The position numbers were made by a program, and so were the translations under genes. Shown piece by piece: positions 38,956 to 49,890 of a DNA stretch of 64,000 nucleotides. Each line of letters opens with the position of its first letter. Within the stretch, counting starts at the first letter, position 1. The DNA is from Pristiophorus japonicus (Eukaryota), in the NCBI RefSeq assembly GCF_044704955.1, contig NC_091993.1:78616001-78680000 (forward strand), written 5' to 3'. The notes under the pieces were generated by a model. It worked only from the letters and a program-made list of their open reading frames with translations, ran no database searches and was not told the origin of the DNA.

Positions 38956-39709
38956 CAATGTTCCTGCTAAGCTGTGCTATCGCAGCCGCGCGGTAATCTG
39001 CAAGGTTCCACACAGGACGCATACCATAAATGGAACATAGCATTTCAAGGTGCAGCATTAGCGGGTTCAGGAGGGCGACGGCTGTGAAGAGGGCGACTGG
39101 ATTGGACGTCACCAAGGTCCAGGTCGCTGATTGGAACATGGGCAAGTACAGCAGGAGCGGCGAGGTCAGGGCGAAGGAATAGCTTCGTCGGGGCAAAGGA
39201 GCGGCGAGAGATTGCAAAGCGACATGATTGGGGCCCAGGAGAAGCATGAGTTACAGGGCCCAGAAGAGGCGGGGGCCCAGGAGCAGCACGGGCCAGCCCA
39301 CACTGCGATATGTGTGCGCACTAGGTCCGTGCAGCAGAGATGGTCTCCAGTGGTCTTGGTTAATCCTTGCCATTGGACCAAGACCTAGCTCTGTCAAGCC
39401 CGTGTGGTGGCTGGTGTGCACCGACCACCACACGTTAAAAAAATCGACGCACAGGCATCTTCCACCCTTCCACATGTAGTTTGGGACCTGGAATATCAGG
39501 TCCTTCATTGAAACACTTGTGAACTCATCCCTTTTTGGCTTGGAAGCAAGTCATCCTCGATACGAGGGACCGCCTATGATGATGATGGTGACACAGGCTG
39601 CTCACCGGCTTTTACATTGTAAATACCGTGCATGTGCAGAAATTTAAAAGGACCGCACATTAAAAGAAACAGGCTGTATGGAGCAACTTGCAGCTTACAG
39701 GGAACATTG
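38956..39709. mobile_element. hAT-like MITE containing a nested retroelement
   Basis: TIRs caatgttcctgctaagctg / cagcttacagggaacattg; 8-bp flanks ccgacaaa / cctacaac (6 of 8 match). Confidence 0.7.
39060..39590 (+). mobile_element. Non-autonomous retroelement with (ATG)n tail, same family as 28545-29075
   Basis: 3' stem-loop cctcg-ata-cgagg then gcctatgatgatgatg. Confidence 0.65.
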
Positions 39710-40239
39710 CCTACAACTAAACCTAAAGTGTACAGTGCTTGCTTCAATTACTTCTGATAGGTAATACTGTAATGCCAGCTATTCGGTCATCTGACCACTG
39801 GTAGCACTTGTAGTGAAAGTCACCCAGGTCTGCCTGTCATAGCCTAACAACAACAAACCATTTGTATTGACTAATCATGAGCAAGGCTACAGGAGCATGA
39901 TTTGTCGTTCAAGAAATTCACATCACTACACTATGCTGATTTATTAGGACGTGTTCCTTCGTACCTGGTTGTGACACTAGCAGCATTGCTAACACGAGCA
40001 ATTTGGTGAACAATTTATGGATTGTGCCCTTTTTGTTAATTTACACAGTTCAAAGAGAAAAAAAGAAAGAGATATTTTTTCTATTCTATTCTTCTTGTTT
40101 TTTTATCTTCCCGTTCTTCCTTTGGAGAACAGTGTGAAGTAGTGGAAGGATTTGCAGTCTTACAGGCTGCAATGTGACCACTCCTTCAATGGCCATAACC
40201 ATCTTTACACCAGCTTATACTTACGGTCCTTCATGGCAG

Positions 40240-40535
40240 GAGGGCTTTATGGACTCCCACAACCCATACAATGAGGTGGGGAGCGACCACCCACACTCAC
40301 TGGACGTGGGGTAGAGTTGGAGCCCTGTTCTCCACTCACCAGCACTGTCTGGAGAACGTGATTTACTGATTGTACTAAACTGTACCTTGAAATGAAATGT
40401 ACGCTAGTGCATTGTATGGAATTGCTGTCAGCATCCAAACGAATTGTATGGAATTGCTGACCACAAGGTACTGAACTATTTTCCAATGTATTGTGAAAAT
40501 TTTATATGAATAAAGTATATTTTTGAGAAAAAAAA
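40240..40535 (+). mobile_element. L1/Tx1-type 3'UTR remnant with polyA tail
   Basis: Ends tttatatgaataaagtatatttttgagaaaaaaaa and abuts a minus-strand SINE head (40536-40600). Confidence 0.5.
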
Positions 40536-40763
40536 GGGAGTTCAAACCTTACATCTTCTGACTCAGAGGCGGGAATGCTATCACTCAGCCAAAGGCTCAG
40601 TCCTTCTATTCCTGTGAATTCCAAACGTGGACACAATGGTACAAAACCAATAAGACGTTAACCAAACTGCCAGTGTTGGCAACACACGTAAAACAAACAA
40701 GAGTGCCCACAGCAAAGAATGACAACCCCCAAATTTGGGAACATGTCAGAATGTCTCACCTTT

Positions 40764-41298
40764 CTAGACATGTTGCAGAATTTCAAGTAGTTTCCCTTCG
40801 TAAAACATGCTGCTGTCTTGAAGGTCCTCCCAAGGCACGAAAGCCTGCCCCTCGTTGTCAACAAAGGTGTTCCAGCAGTAATTATACTCCGAAGCCTTCA
40901 TAATCCTCAACCGGCAGCCGGCCGCTTGCAGCTGCTGTAGGCCTTGCTGGATCTCGGGCTCCTCCCACATGAATAAGCGGGCCATGAAGAGGGTAAGGTG
41001 AACGTTGGGACACTTGCTCAGTTGCTCGGCGATTTTGGAAGCACAGGCCGCGCAAGGACTGGAGGACACGTGCCAAATGATGGCGTAGCTCAGGCTGCCA
41101 TCGCACTCCTGGAAGATATTTGTGAAGAAGGCCTCTTCTGCATGCATGCCGGTGTGCTCGTCCTCCACATATCCCTCCGATCTCTCGCACTCTTTGCCCT
41201 GCTGCTCAATTGAATAGCACAAAAAGGTTTTATTCCTTCCTGAAGAATATTCTACATTTTTGAACTGGAATTTGAAGAAATAGGATGGCATGCGTTGT
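40764..41298 (-). CDS. APOBEC2: APOBEC2 coding exon 2 (zinc-dependent deaminase fold)
   Basis: FFKFQFKNVEYSSGRNKTFLCY, HAEEAFF, SSSPCAAC, RLFMWEEPEIQ and PWED match human APOBEC2. Acceptor attcttttccag ends at 41299; TAG 40766-40764; donor AAG|GTGAGA at 40759, 4 nt after the stop, leads to a non-coding last exon as in human. Confidence 0.98.
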
Positions 41299-41345
41299 CT
41301 GGAAAAGAATGAAGCAGATGTTATTGGACAAAGCAAGAATACGAT

Positions 41346-43238
41346 GGTCTGGTATTTGCAGTGACCACGAAGAAAGCCGCCCACAAAGATCGAGCGATAT
41401 CTGTGGAGTCGATTTCACCTTTCCTGAGTTATGTTCTTAAAATAAAATTAAGAACATAAGAAGTAGGAGCAGGAGTAGGTCATACAGCTCCGCCATTTAA
41501 TACGTTCATGGCTGATTTGATCATGGACCCAGGTCCACTTCCCTGCCCGTTCTCCATAACCCCTTATTCCCTTATCATTTAAGAACTTGTCTATTTCTGT
41601 CTTAAATTTATTCAATGTCCCAGCTTCCACAGCTCTCTGAGGCAGCGAATTCCACAGATTTACAACCTTCTGAGAGAAGAAATTTCTCCTCATCTCAGTT
41701 TTAAATTGGCGGCCCCTTATTCTAAAATTATGCCCTCTAGTTCTAGTCTCCCCTATCAGTGGAAACATTCTCTCTGCATCCACCTTGTCAAGTCCCCTCA
41801 TAATCTTATACGTTTTGAAAAGATCACCTCGCATTCTTTTGAATTTCAATGAGTAGAGGCCCAACCTACTCAACCTTTCCTCATAAGTCAACCCCCTCAT
41901 CCCCAGAATCAACCTAGGGAACCTTCTCTGAACTGCCTCCAAAAGCAAGTATATCCTTTCGTAAATATGAAACCAAAACTGCACGCAGTATTCCAGGTGT
42001 GGCCTCACCAATACCCTGTATAACTGTAGCAAGACTTCCCTGCTTTTATACTCCATCCCCTTTGCAATAAAGGCCAAGATTCCACTGGCCTTCCTGATCA
42101 CTGGCTGTACCTGCATACTATCCTTTTGTGTTTCATGCACAAGTACCCACAGGTCCCGCTGTACTGCAGCACTTTGCAATCTTTCTCCATTTAAATAATA
42201 ACTTGCTCTTTAATTTTTTTCTGCCAAAGTGCATGACCTCACACTTTCCAACATTATACTCCATCTGCCAAAATTTTGCACACTCACTTAGCTTGTCTAT
42301 GTCCTTTTGCAGATTGTTTGTGTTCTCCTCACACATTGCTTTTCCTCCCATCTTTGTATCGTCATCAAACTTGGCTACATTATACTTGGTCCCTCTTCCA
42401 AGTCGTTAATATAGATTGGAAATGGTTGGGGTCCTAGCACTGACCCCTGCGGCACCCCACTCGTTACTGATTGCCAACCTGAGAATGAACTATTTATCCC
42501 GACTTTCTGTTTTCTGTTAGTTAGCCAATCCTCTATCCATGCTAATATATTACCCCCAACCCTGCGAACTTTTATCTTGTGCAGTAACCTTTTATGTGGC
42601 ACCTTGTCATTTAATGGCGATCATCCCCATTCAGCAACAATGATGTCATCAAGCAGATTAAGTAGCCAATCACATTGAAGAATTCTCACAGACAGCAAAC
42701 CAGGAAGTAAAAAAGCAATGATTATTCCTCACTTTTTAGTAATTTTATAGAGAGCAAAATTAAGTTTGGGGCATACATATGGGTTTAAGGTAGAAGATGA
42801 AATCTTATAAACAAACTTTAAAAATGTTTTTTTTAATTATTTTAAAAATCTCTGGTAATTTTTATCATAATGGAGAAATTTGGCAATCCACAAATATAAA
42901 ATTAGTTTTTCAAGGCCAGAGAGGCTGTTCAGCAGTAATTATGATTTAGTACACTGTTAAAAACCCAGTTACACCTCATTCAACAAGGCTTAACTTTTTT
43001 GTGGGGTTTTACAATGAGTTCAGAGTGCAAGAAGTTCACGTCAATTCAAGTGATTTCTAAGATTTTCATCTGCGAGGACTTCAACAGCACACGCTGTGGC
43101 GGAGCAGGGAATCACCGACAGCAACTTCTGGATTTTCTCATTGAACTGTGTGGGCGCCAGAAGTTGCTATCAGTATTGCAGAGCAGTGACGGCGAAAGCT
43201 AACAGTTTCACCATTATTATAACTGCAAATTCCAGGGC
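41346..43238. mobile_element. TIR element (Harbinger-like MITE) with nested CR1, ~45 bp from the APOBEC2 exon 2 acceptor
   Basis: Termini ggtctggtatttgcagtga / taactgcaaattccagggc (15 of 19 inverted match); no clear TSD. Confidence 0.5.
41445..42610 (-). mobile_element. 5'-truncated CR1 (sense to APOBEC2)
   Basis: [18 protein letters not shown] through to the tail, with frameshifts. Confidence 0.93.
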
Positions 43239-43361
43239 AAAGTATTTCTGTCTCACCAATACAGCAGCTATTAAAAAAATATATAATGGATGAAAAAGCC
43301 CGACAACAATAACAACAACTTGTAATTATATAGCGCCTTTCACGTGGTAAACCGTCCCAAG

Positions 43362-43507
43362 CAATGTTCCCTGTAATTTTTTGGGGAGCTGCGTGGCCCA
43401 TTCAAAATTCTGCGCATGCATACTTTTTTTCCAATTTAACAGCTGACTCACCGGCTGCTCGGGACCCCTGGAGCGCCGCACAGCCGTGCAGTTTGAAAGG
43501 AACATTG
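43362..43507. mobile_element. Short hAT-like MITE inside an L2 tail
   Basis: TIR caatgttcc / ggaacattg; flanks gtcccaag / gtgcccaa. Confidence 0.65.
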
Positions 43508-45080
43508 GTGCCCAAAGCATTTCACAGGAGCGATTATCAAAACAAAATTGACACCAAGCCACATAAGGAGCTATCAGGACACGTGACCAAAAGCTTGGTC
43601 AAAGTGTTAGGTTTTAAGGAGCATTTTAAAGGAGAGAAAGGTAAAGAGGTTTAGGAAGGTAATTCCAGAGCATAGAGCCTAGGCAACTGAAGGCACCGCT
43701 GCCAATGATGCAGCGATGAAAACCGGGGAGGCGCAAGAGGCCAGAATTGGATATCTTGGAGGGTTGTAGTGCTGGAGGATGTTATGGAAATCGGTAATGA
43801 TAATACTACTATACACAATAATATCCAATATATATCAGATGACCTTTGTCATTGAATTCCGGATCGAAGCTGTGGTTCAGCCTGGTCCAGATATTAGCAC
43901 CTTGAGTTAGAAGGTTGCAGGTTCAAGCTCCAAGACTTGAATGCTTAATTTAGGCTGACACTCCAAAGCAGTACGAAGGGAGTGCTATATCGTCAGGTGG
44001 CGCTCTCCAGATAAGAGGTTAAACAGAGGCCACACCTTCGGTTGTGGTGGTTTCATATGGATGTTGACTTGAATGTGTTTAGTACTTTATCACATCTCTG
44101 AGAAACAGCGCAACGCACTCCACACAGACTATTTTTGAAGTGTAATCACTGTTATGTAGTAAATGCAAGAGTCAATTTGCACACTAGGTCCCATAAACAG
44201 CAATGAGAGAAATGCCTATTAATCTTTTTGATGATGTTGGTTGAAGGATGATCCTTGGGCAGGATCTTTGATATTTACCGGAACAGGCAGACAGGTTAAA
44301 TATTTCATCTGAAGAACGGCACCTCTGACAATACAGCACTGTGGGTCATCCTCAACACGAGGGACTGCCTAATACAATAATCTTAGTGTTGCACTGTCTA
44401 GATTATGTGCTGAAGTCCGAGAGTGGGGCTTGAACCCACAGCCTTCTGAACCCAAAACACTCTGACTCAGAGGCAATAGTGACACTAACGACAATGCAGC
44501 TAAAGATTCTATGGCAGCAATGCAAGAAAAGCCTGGTCAACATTTATCTCTCAACCAACACCACCGAAAACAGATCAACTAGCCATTTATCTCATTGCTG
44601 TTTATGAGATATTGCTGTGCATAAGATGGTGTCGACAAAATTGTCTGCTTACATAACAGTCAATACACTACAAAACAATTCATTGTACGTGATGTATGAG
44701 ATGTTTCTGAGAACAGATACAAGTTCGATATAATTGACGGTTTTTCTTTATAGCACATAAAAAATTCCCACAATATTCAGAGTGAGTGCCCATGTTGTAT
44801 TGTGACAGTAATTAAATCAGTTTAAAAAGAAAGTAAGTTGTCTGATATATATCATGAACAATAAAACACCACTCTAAAATTGAAGACTCTATTCTAATAT
44901 CACAGTGCAGGGAACATTAGCAAACTGTTTGTAATGTGCCCACCAATTCTGGTGTCACCTGAAGCTCACAACTGAAGTTCTGCTTCTCTCAGATCCCCAC
45001 TCTCCCCCACACCATGCTCTCATGTGAAGGCTGTAACACATTCTTCTTTCAGCGGCATCTCAATGAATGGAATTTCAGAC

Positions 45081-45108
45081 TTATTTTTAACTCTCTTTAT
45101 CTCAGCTG
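45081..45108. promoter_or_regulatory. Candidate muscle/cardiac enhancer core: MEF2 + GATA + E-box
   Basis: TTATTTTTAA (45081-45090), TTATCT (45097-45102) and CAGCTG (45103-45108) in unique sequence of APOBEC2 intron 1. Confidence 0.35.
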
Positions 45109-45326
45109 TGCTGGCAGCAGGAGACACCAGAGGATCGGCACTGTTAGCTTCCATCGCTACCTCCCCAGCAATCCAGGAGGGAAGGCAGAGTGAAGGGGAG
45201 AATCTGCCTGGTCTGTTCTCGCACACACAAGACCGATTCAGGGGAAGGAGACCTTTCGGCCCATTTGATCCCATTCTTTCATAATGCCAGCCTCAAGTAA
45301 CACTGGCAGATATCCGGTAATAGAAT

Positions 45327-45529
45327 TGTTACGCTCATAATAAAGGATGAAACTGAGTACCGTAAGCAATGAGTAAATATGACCTTAGCTCCTTTAATTA
45401 GACTCCAGAGTGTAGGTACCTCGTGGGTGGCTTGCTTATATACAGTGCTCCTAGGATCCCTTGGGACTCCAATAGGTAGGCCCTCTGGTGGTGGTGTGAT
45501 ACAGGTTGCCAAGGGTTAAATGCATAACA
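45327..45529 (-). mobile_element. Solo LTR, 203 bp, related to 14127-14338
   Basis: TGTT...AACA termini, 5-bp TSD agaat (45322-45326 and 45530-45534); shares ccaccagagggc, ggagtcccaagggatcc, cactctgga and ctaaggtca. Confidence 0.88.
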
Positions 45530-45640
45530 AGAATCATAGACAGTTACAACACAGAAGGAGGCCATGACCCCCACTTTTTGTCGATAACCCTTTAAGTTCC
45601 TCACCTGAAGCAGCTGTCCAACTCCCATTTAAAATCATTA

Positions 45641-48600
45641 ATAAGAACATAAGAACATAAGAATTAGGAACAGGAGTAGGCCATCTAGCCCCTCGAGTCT
45701 GCTCCGCCATTCAATAAGATCATGGCTGATCTGGCCGTGGACTCAGCTCCACTTACCCGCCCTCTCCCCGTAATCCTTAATTCCCTTATTGGTTAAAAAT
45801 CTATCTATCTGTGACTTGAACACATTCAATGAGCTAGCCTCAACTGCTTCCTTGGGCAGAGAATTCAGCAGATTCACAACCCTCTGGGAGAAGAAATTCC
45901 TTCTCAACTCGGTTTTAAATTGGCTCCTCCGTATTTTGAGGCTGTGCCCCCTAGTTCTAGTCTCCCCTACCAGTGGAAACAACCTCTCTGCCTCTATCTT
46001 GTCTATCCCTTTCATGATTTTAAATGTTTCTATAAGATCACCCCTCATCCTTCTGAACTCCAACGAGTAAAGACCCAGTCTACTCAATCTATCATCATAA
46101 GGTAACCCCCTCATCTCCGGAATCAGCCGAGTGAATCGTCCCTGTACCCCTTCCAAAGCTAGTATATCCTTCCTTAAGTAAGGTGACCAAAACTGCACGC
46201 AGTACTCCAGGTGCAGCCTTACCAATACCCTATACAGTTGCAGCAGGACCTCCCTGCTTTTGTACTCCATCCCTCTCGCAATGAAGGCCAACATTCCATT
46301 CGCCTTCCTGATTACCTGCTGCACCTGCAAATTAACCTTTGCACCTCAGCATGTTGTAATTTCTCCCCATTCAAATAATATTCCCTTTTACTGTTTTTTT
46401 CCCCAAGGTGGATGACCTCACACTTTTCGACATTGTATTCCATCTGCCAAACTTAGCCCATTCGCTTAACCTATCCAAATCTCCTTGCAGCCTCTCTGAG
46501 TCCTCTACACAACCCGCTTTCCCACTAATCTTAGTGTCATCTGCAAATTTTGTTGCACTACACTCTGTCCCCTCTTCCAGGTCATCTATGTATATTGTAA
46601 ACAGTTGTGGTCCCAGCACCGATCCCTGTGGCACACCACTAACCACCGATTTCCAACCCGAAAAGGACCCATTTATCCCGACTCTCTGCTTTCTGTTCGC
46701 CAGCCAATTCTCTATCCATGCTAACACATTTCCTCTGACGCCGCGTGCCTCTATCTTCTGCAGTAACCTTTTGTGTGGCACCTTATCGAATGCCTTTTGG
46801 AAATCTAAATACACCACATCCATCGGTAGACCTCTATCCACCATGCTCGTTATATCCTCAAAGAATTCCAGTAAATTAGTTAAACATGATTTCCCCTTCA
46901 TGAATCCATGCTGCGTCTGCTTGATTGCACTATTCCTATCTAGATGTCCCGCTATTTCTTCCTTAATGATAGTTTCAAGCATTTTCCCCACTACAGATGT
47001 TAAACTAACCGGCCTATAGTTACCTGCCTTTTGTCTGCCCCCTTTTTTAAACAGAGGCGTTACATTAGCTGCTTTCCAATCCGCTGGTACCCTTCCAGAG
47101 TCCAGAGAATTTTGGTAGATTATAACGAATGCATCTGCTATAGCTTCCGTCATCTATTTTAATACCCTGGGATGCATTTCATCAGGACCAGGGGACTTGT
47201 CTACCTTCAGTCCCATTAGCCTGTCCAGCACTACCCCCCTAGTGATAGTGATTGTCTCAAGGTCCTCCCTTCCCACATTCCTGTGGCCTGCAATTTTTGG
47301 CATGGTTTTTGTGTCTTCCACTGTGAAGACCGAAGCAAAATAATTGTTTAAGGTCTCAGCCATTTCCACATTTCCCATTATTAAATCCCCCTTCTCATCT
47401 TCTAAGGGACCAACATTTACTTTAGTCACTCTTTTCCGTTTTATATATCTGTAAAAGCTTTTACTATCTGTTTTTATGTTTTGCGCAAGTTTACTTTCGT
47501 AATCTATCTTCCCTTTTTTTATTGCTTTTTTAGTCATTCTTTGCTGTTGCTTAAAATTCTCCCAATCCTCTAGTTTCCCACTAACCTTGGCCACCTTATA
47601 CGCATTGGTCTTTGATTTGATACTCTCCTTTATTTCCTTGGTTATCCATGGCTGGTTATCCCTTCTCTTGCCGCCCTTCTTTTTCACTGGAATATATTTT
47701 TGTTGCGCACTATGAAAGAGCTCCTTAAAAGTCCTCCACTGTTCCTCAATTGTGCCACCATTTAGTCTTTGTTTTCAGTCTCCTTTAGCCAACTCTGCCC
47801 TCATCCCACTGTAGTCCCCTTTGTTTAAGCATAGTACGCTCGTTTCTGACACAACTTCCTCACCCTCAATCCGTATTACAAATTCAACCATACTGTGATC
47901 ACTCATTCCGAGAGGATCTTTTACTTGGAGATCGTTTATTTTTCCTGCTTCATTACACAGGACCAGATCTAAGATGGCTTGCTCCCTTGTAGGTTCTGTT
48001 ACATACTGTTCTAAGAAACAATCCCTTATGCATTCTATGAATTCCTACTCCAGGCTACCCCGTGCGATTTGATTTGACCAATCGATATGTAGGTTAAAAT
48101 CCCCCATGACTACTGCCGTTCCTTTTTCACATGCCTCCATTATTCCCTTGATTATTGCCCGCCCCACCATGAAGTTATTATTTGGGGGCCTATAAACTAC
48201 GCCGACCAGTGACTTTTTCCCCTTACTATCTCTAATCTCCACCCACAATGATTCAACATTTTGTTCATTGGAGCCAATATCATCCCTCACAACTGCCCTG
48301 ATATCATCCTTTATTAACAGAGCTACCCCACCTCCTTTCCCTTCTTGTCTATCTTTCTGAATCGTCAGATACCCCTGTATGTTTAATTCCCAGTCTTGGC
48401 CACCCTGCAACCATGTTTCTGTAATGGTCACCAAATCATACCCATTTGTAATGATTTGTGCCGTCAACTCATTTACTTTATTTCGAATGCTGCATGTATT
48501 TAGGTAGAGTGTTTTCATCCTAGTTTTTAAACCATGATTTTTAGTTTTGACCCCTCCTGCAGCCCCTTTATATTCAGTGGCCCTTTTTGTTTCTTGCCTT

Positions 48601-49890
48601 TGGTTTCTCTGCCCTCCACTTTTACTCATCTCCTTTCTGTCTTTTGTTTTTGTCTCCTTTTTGTTTCCCTCTGTTTCCCTGCATTGGTTCCCATCCCCCT
48701 GCCATATTAATTTAACTCCTCCCCAACAGCACTAACAAACACTCCCCCTAGGACATTGGTTCCGGTCCTGCCCAGGTGCAGACCGTCCGGTTTGTACTGG
48801 TCCCACCTCCCCCAGAACCAGTTCCAATGCCCCAGGAATTTGAATCCCTCCCTGCTGCACCACTGCTCAAGCCACGTATTCATCTGTGCTATCCTGCGAT
48901 TTCTACTCTGACTAGCACGTGGCACTGGTAGCAATCCTGAGATTACTACTTTTGAGGTCCTACGTTTTAATTTAGCTCCTAGCTCCTTAAATTCGTCTCG
49001 TGGGACCTCATCCCTTTTTTTACCTATGTCGTTGGTACCAATGTGCACCATGACAACTGGCTGTTCTCCCTCCCTTTTTAGAATGTCCTGCACCCGCTCA
49101 GAAACATCCTTGACCCTTGCACCAGGGAGGGAACATACCATCCTGGAGTCTCGGTTGCGGCCGCAGAAACGCCTATCTATTCCCCTTATGATTGAATCCC
49201 CTATCAATATCGCTCTCCCATTCTTTTTCCTGCCCTCCTGTGCAACAGAGCCAGCCACGGTGCCATGAACTTGGCTGCTGCTGCCCTCCCCGATGAGTCA
49301 TCCCCCTCAACAGCACTCAAAGCAGTGTATCTGTTTTGCAGGAGAATGACCACAGGGGACCCCTGCACTACCTTCCTTGCACTACTCTTCTTGCTGGTCT
49401 TCCATTCCCTATCTGGCTGTGGATCCTTCTCCTGCGGTGAGACCAACTCGCTACACGTGCTACTCATGTCATTCTCGCATCGTGGATGCTCCAGAGTGAA
49501 TCCACCCTCAGCTCCAATTCCGCAACGCGGTCCATCAGGAGCTGAAGGCGGATACACTTCTCACACACATAGTCGTCAGGGACACCTCCGGTGTCCCTGA
49601 GTTTCCACATGGTACAGGAGGAGCATAACACGTGACTGAGCTCTCCTGCCATGCCTTAACCCTTAGATACAATTAAATTGGCACAACAATGTTACAGTTT
49701 ACTTACTGATATAAAAAAGAAAAAGAAAAGCTACTCACCAATCACCAGCCAATCACTTACCCCCTTGGCTGTGATGTCACCTTTTCATTCCTTTCTCCTT
49801 CTTTTTTGCCTTCTCTCCCCGCTGTAGCTGCACCGGTACGCCTTTTATAGGCCGCTCCGACGCTGCTCCCGCCTCTCGCCAACTGCCGCT
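45641..49890 (-). mobile_element. Full-length but disabled CR1 LINE: 5'UTR, ORF1 (Zn finger + SGNH esterase), ORF2 (APE endonuclease + RT)
   Basis: ORF1 from 49652 (CSSC..CEKC, IGDSII, HIGTND, DGLHL) broken by frameshifts; ORF2 YLNTCSIRNK, ITETW, GDFN, YRPVSLTS, FADD with in-frame stops near 48045 and 47154 and a frameshift/deletion near 46340-46450; (TTCTTATG)n tail. Confidence 0.95.

Noticed and set aside
41299-41384. N-terminal part of the 206-aa ORF as the APOBEC2 start
   Set aside because: Intronic read-through into a MITE; the true exon 1 is at 59997-59879.
45020-45274. ORF MEANSADPLV.. as APOBEC2 exon 1
   Set aside because: It ends in a stop with no suitable donor, and 59879-59997 matches far better.
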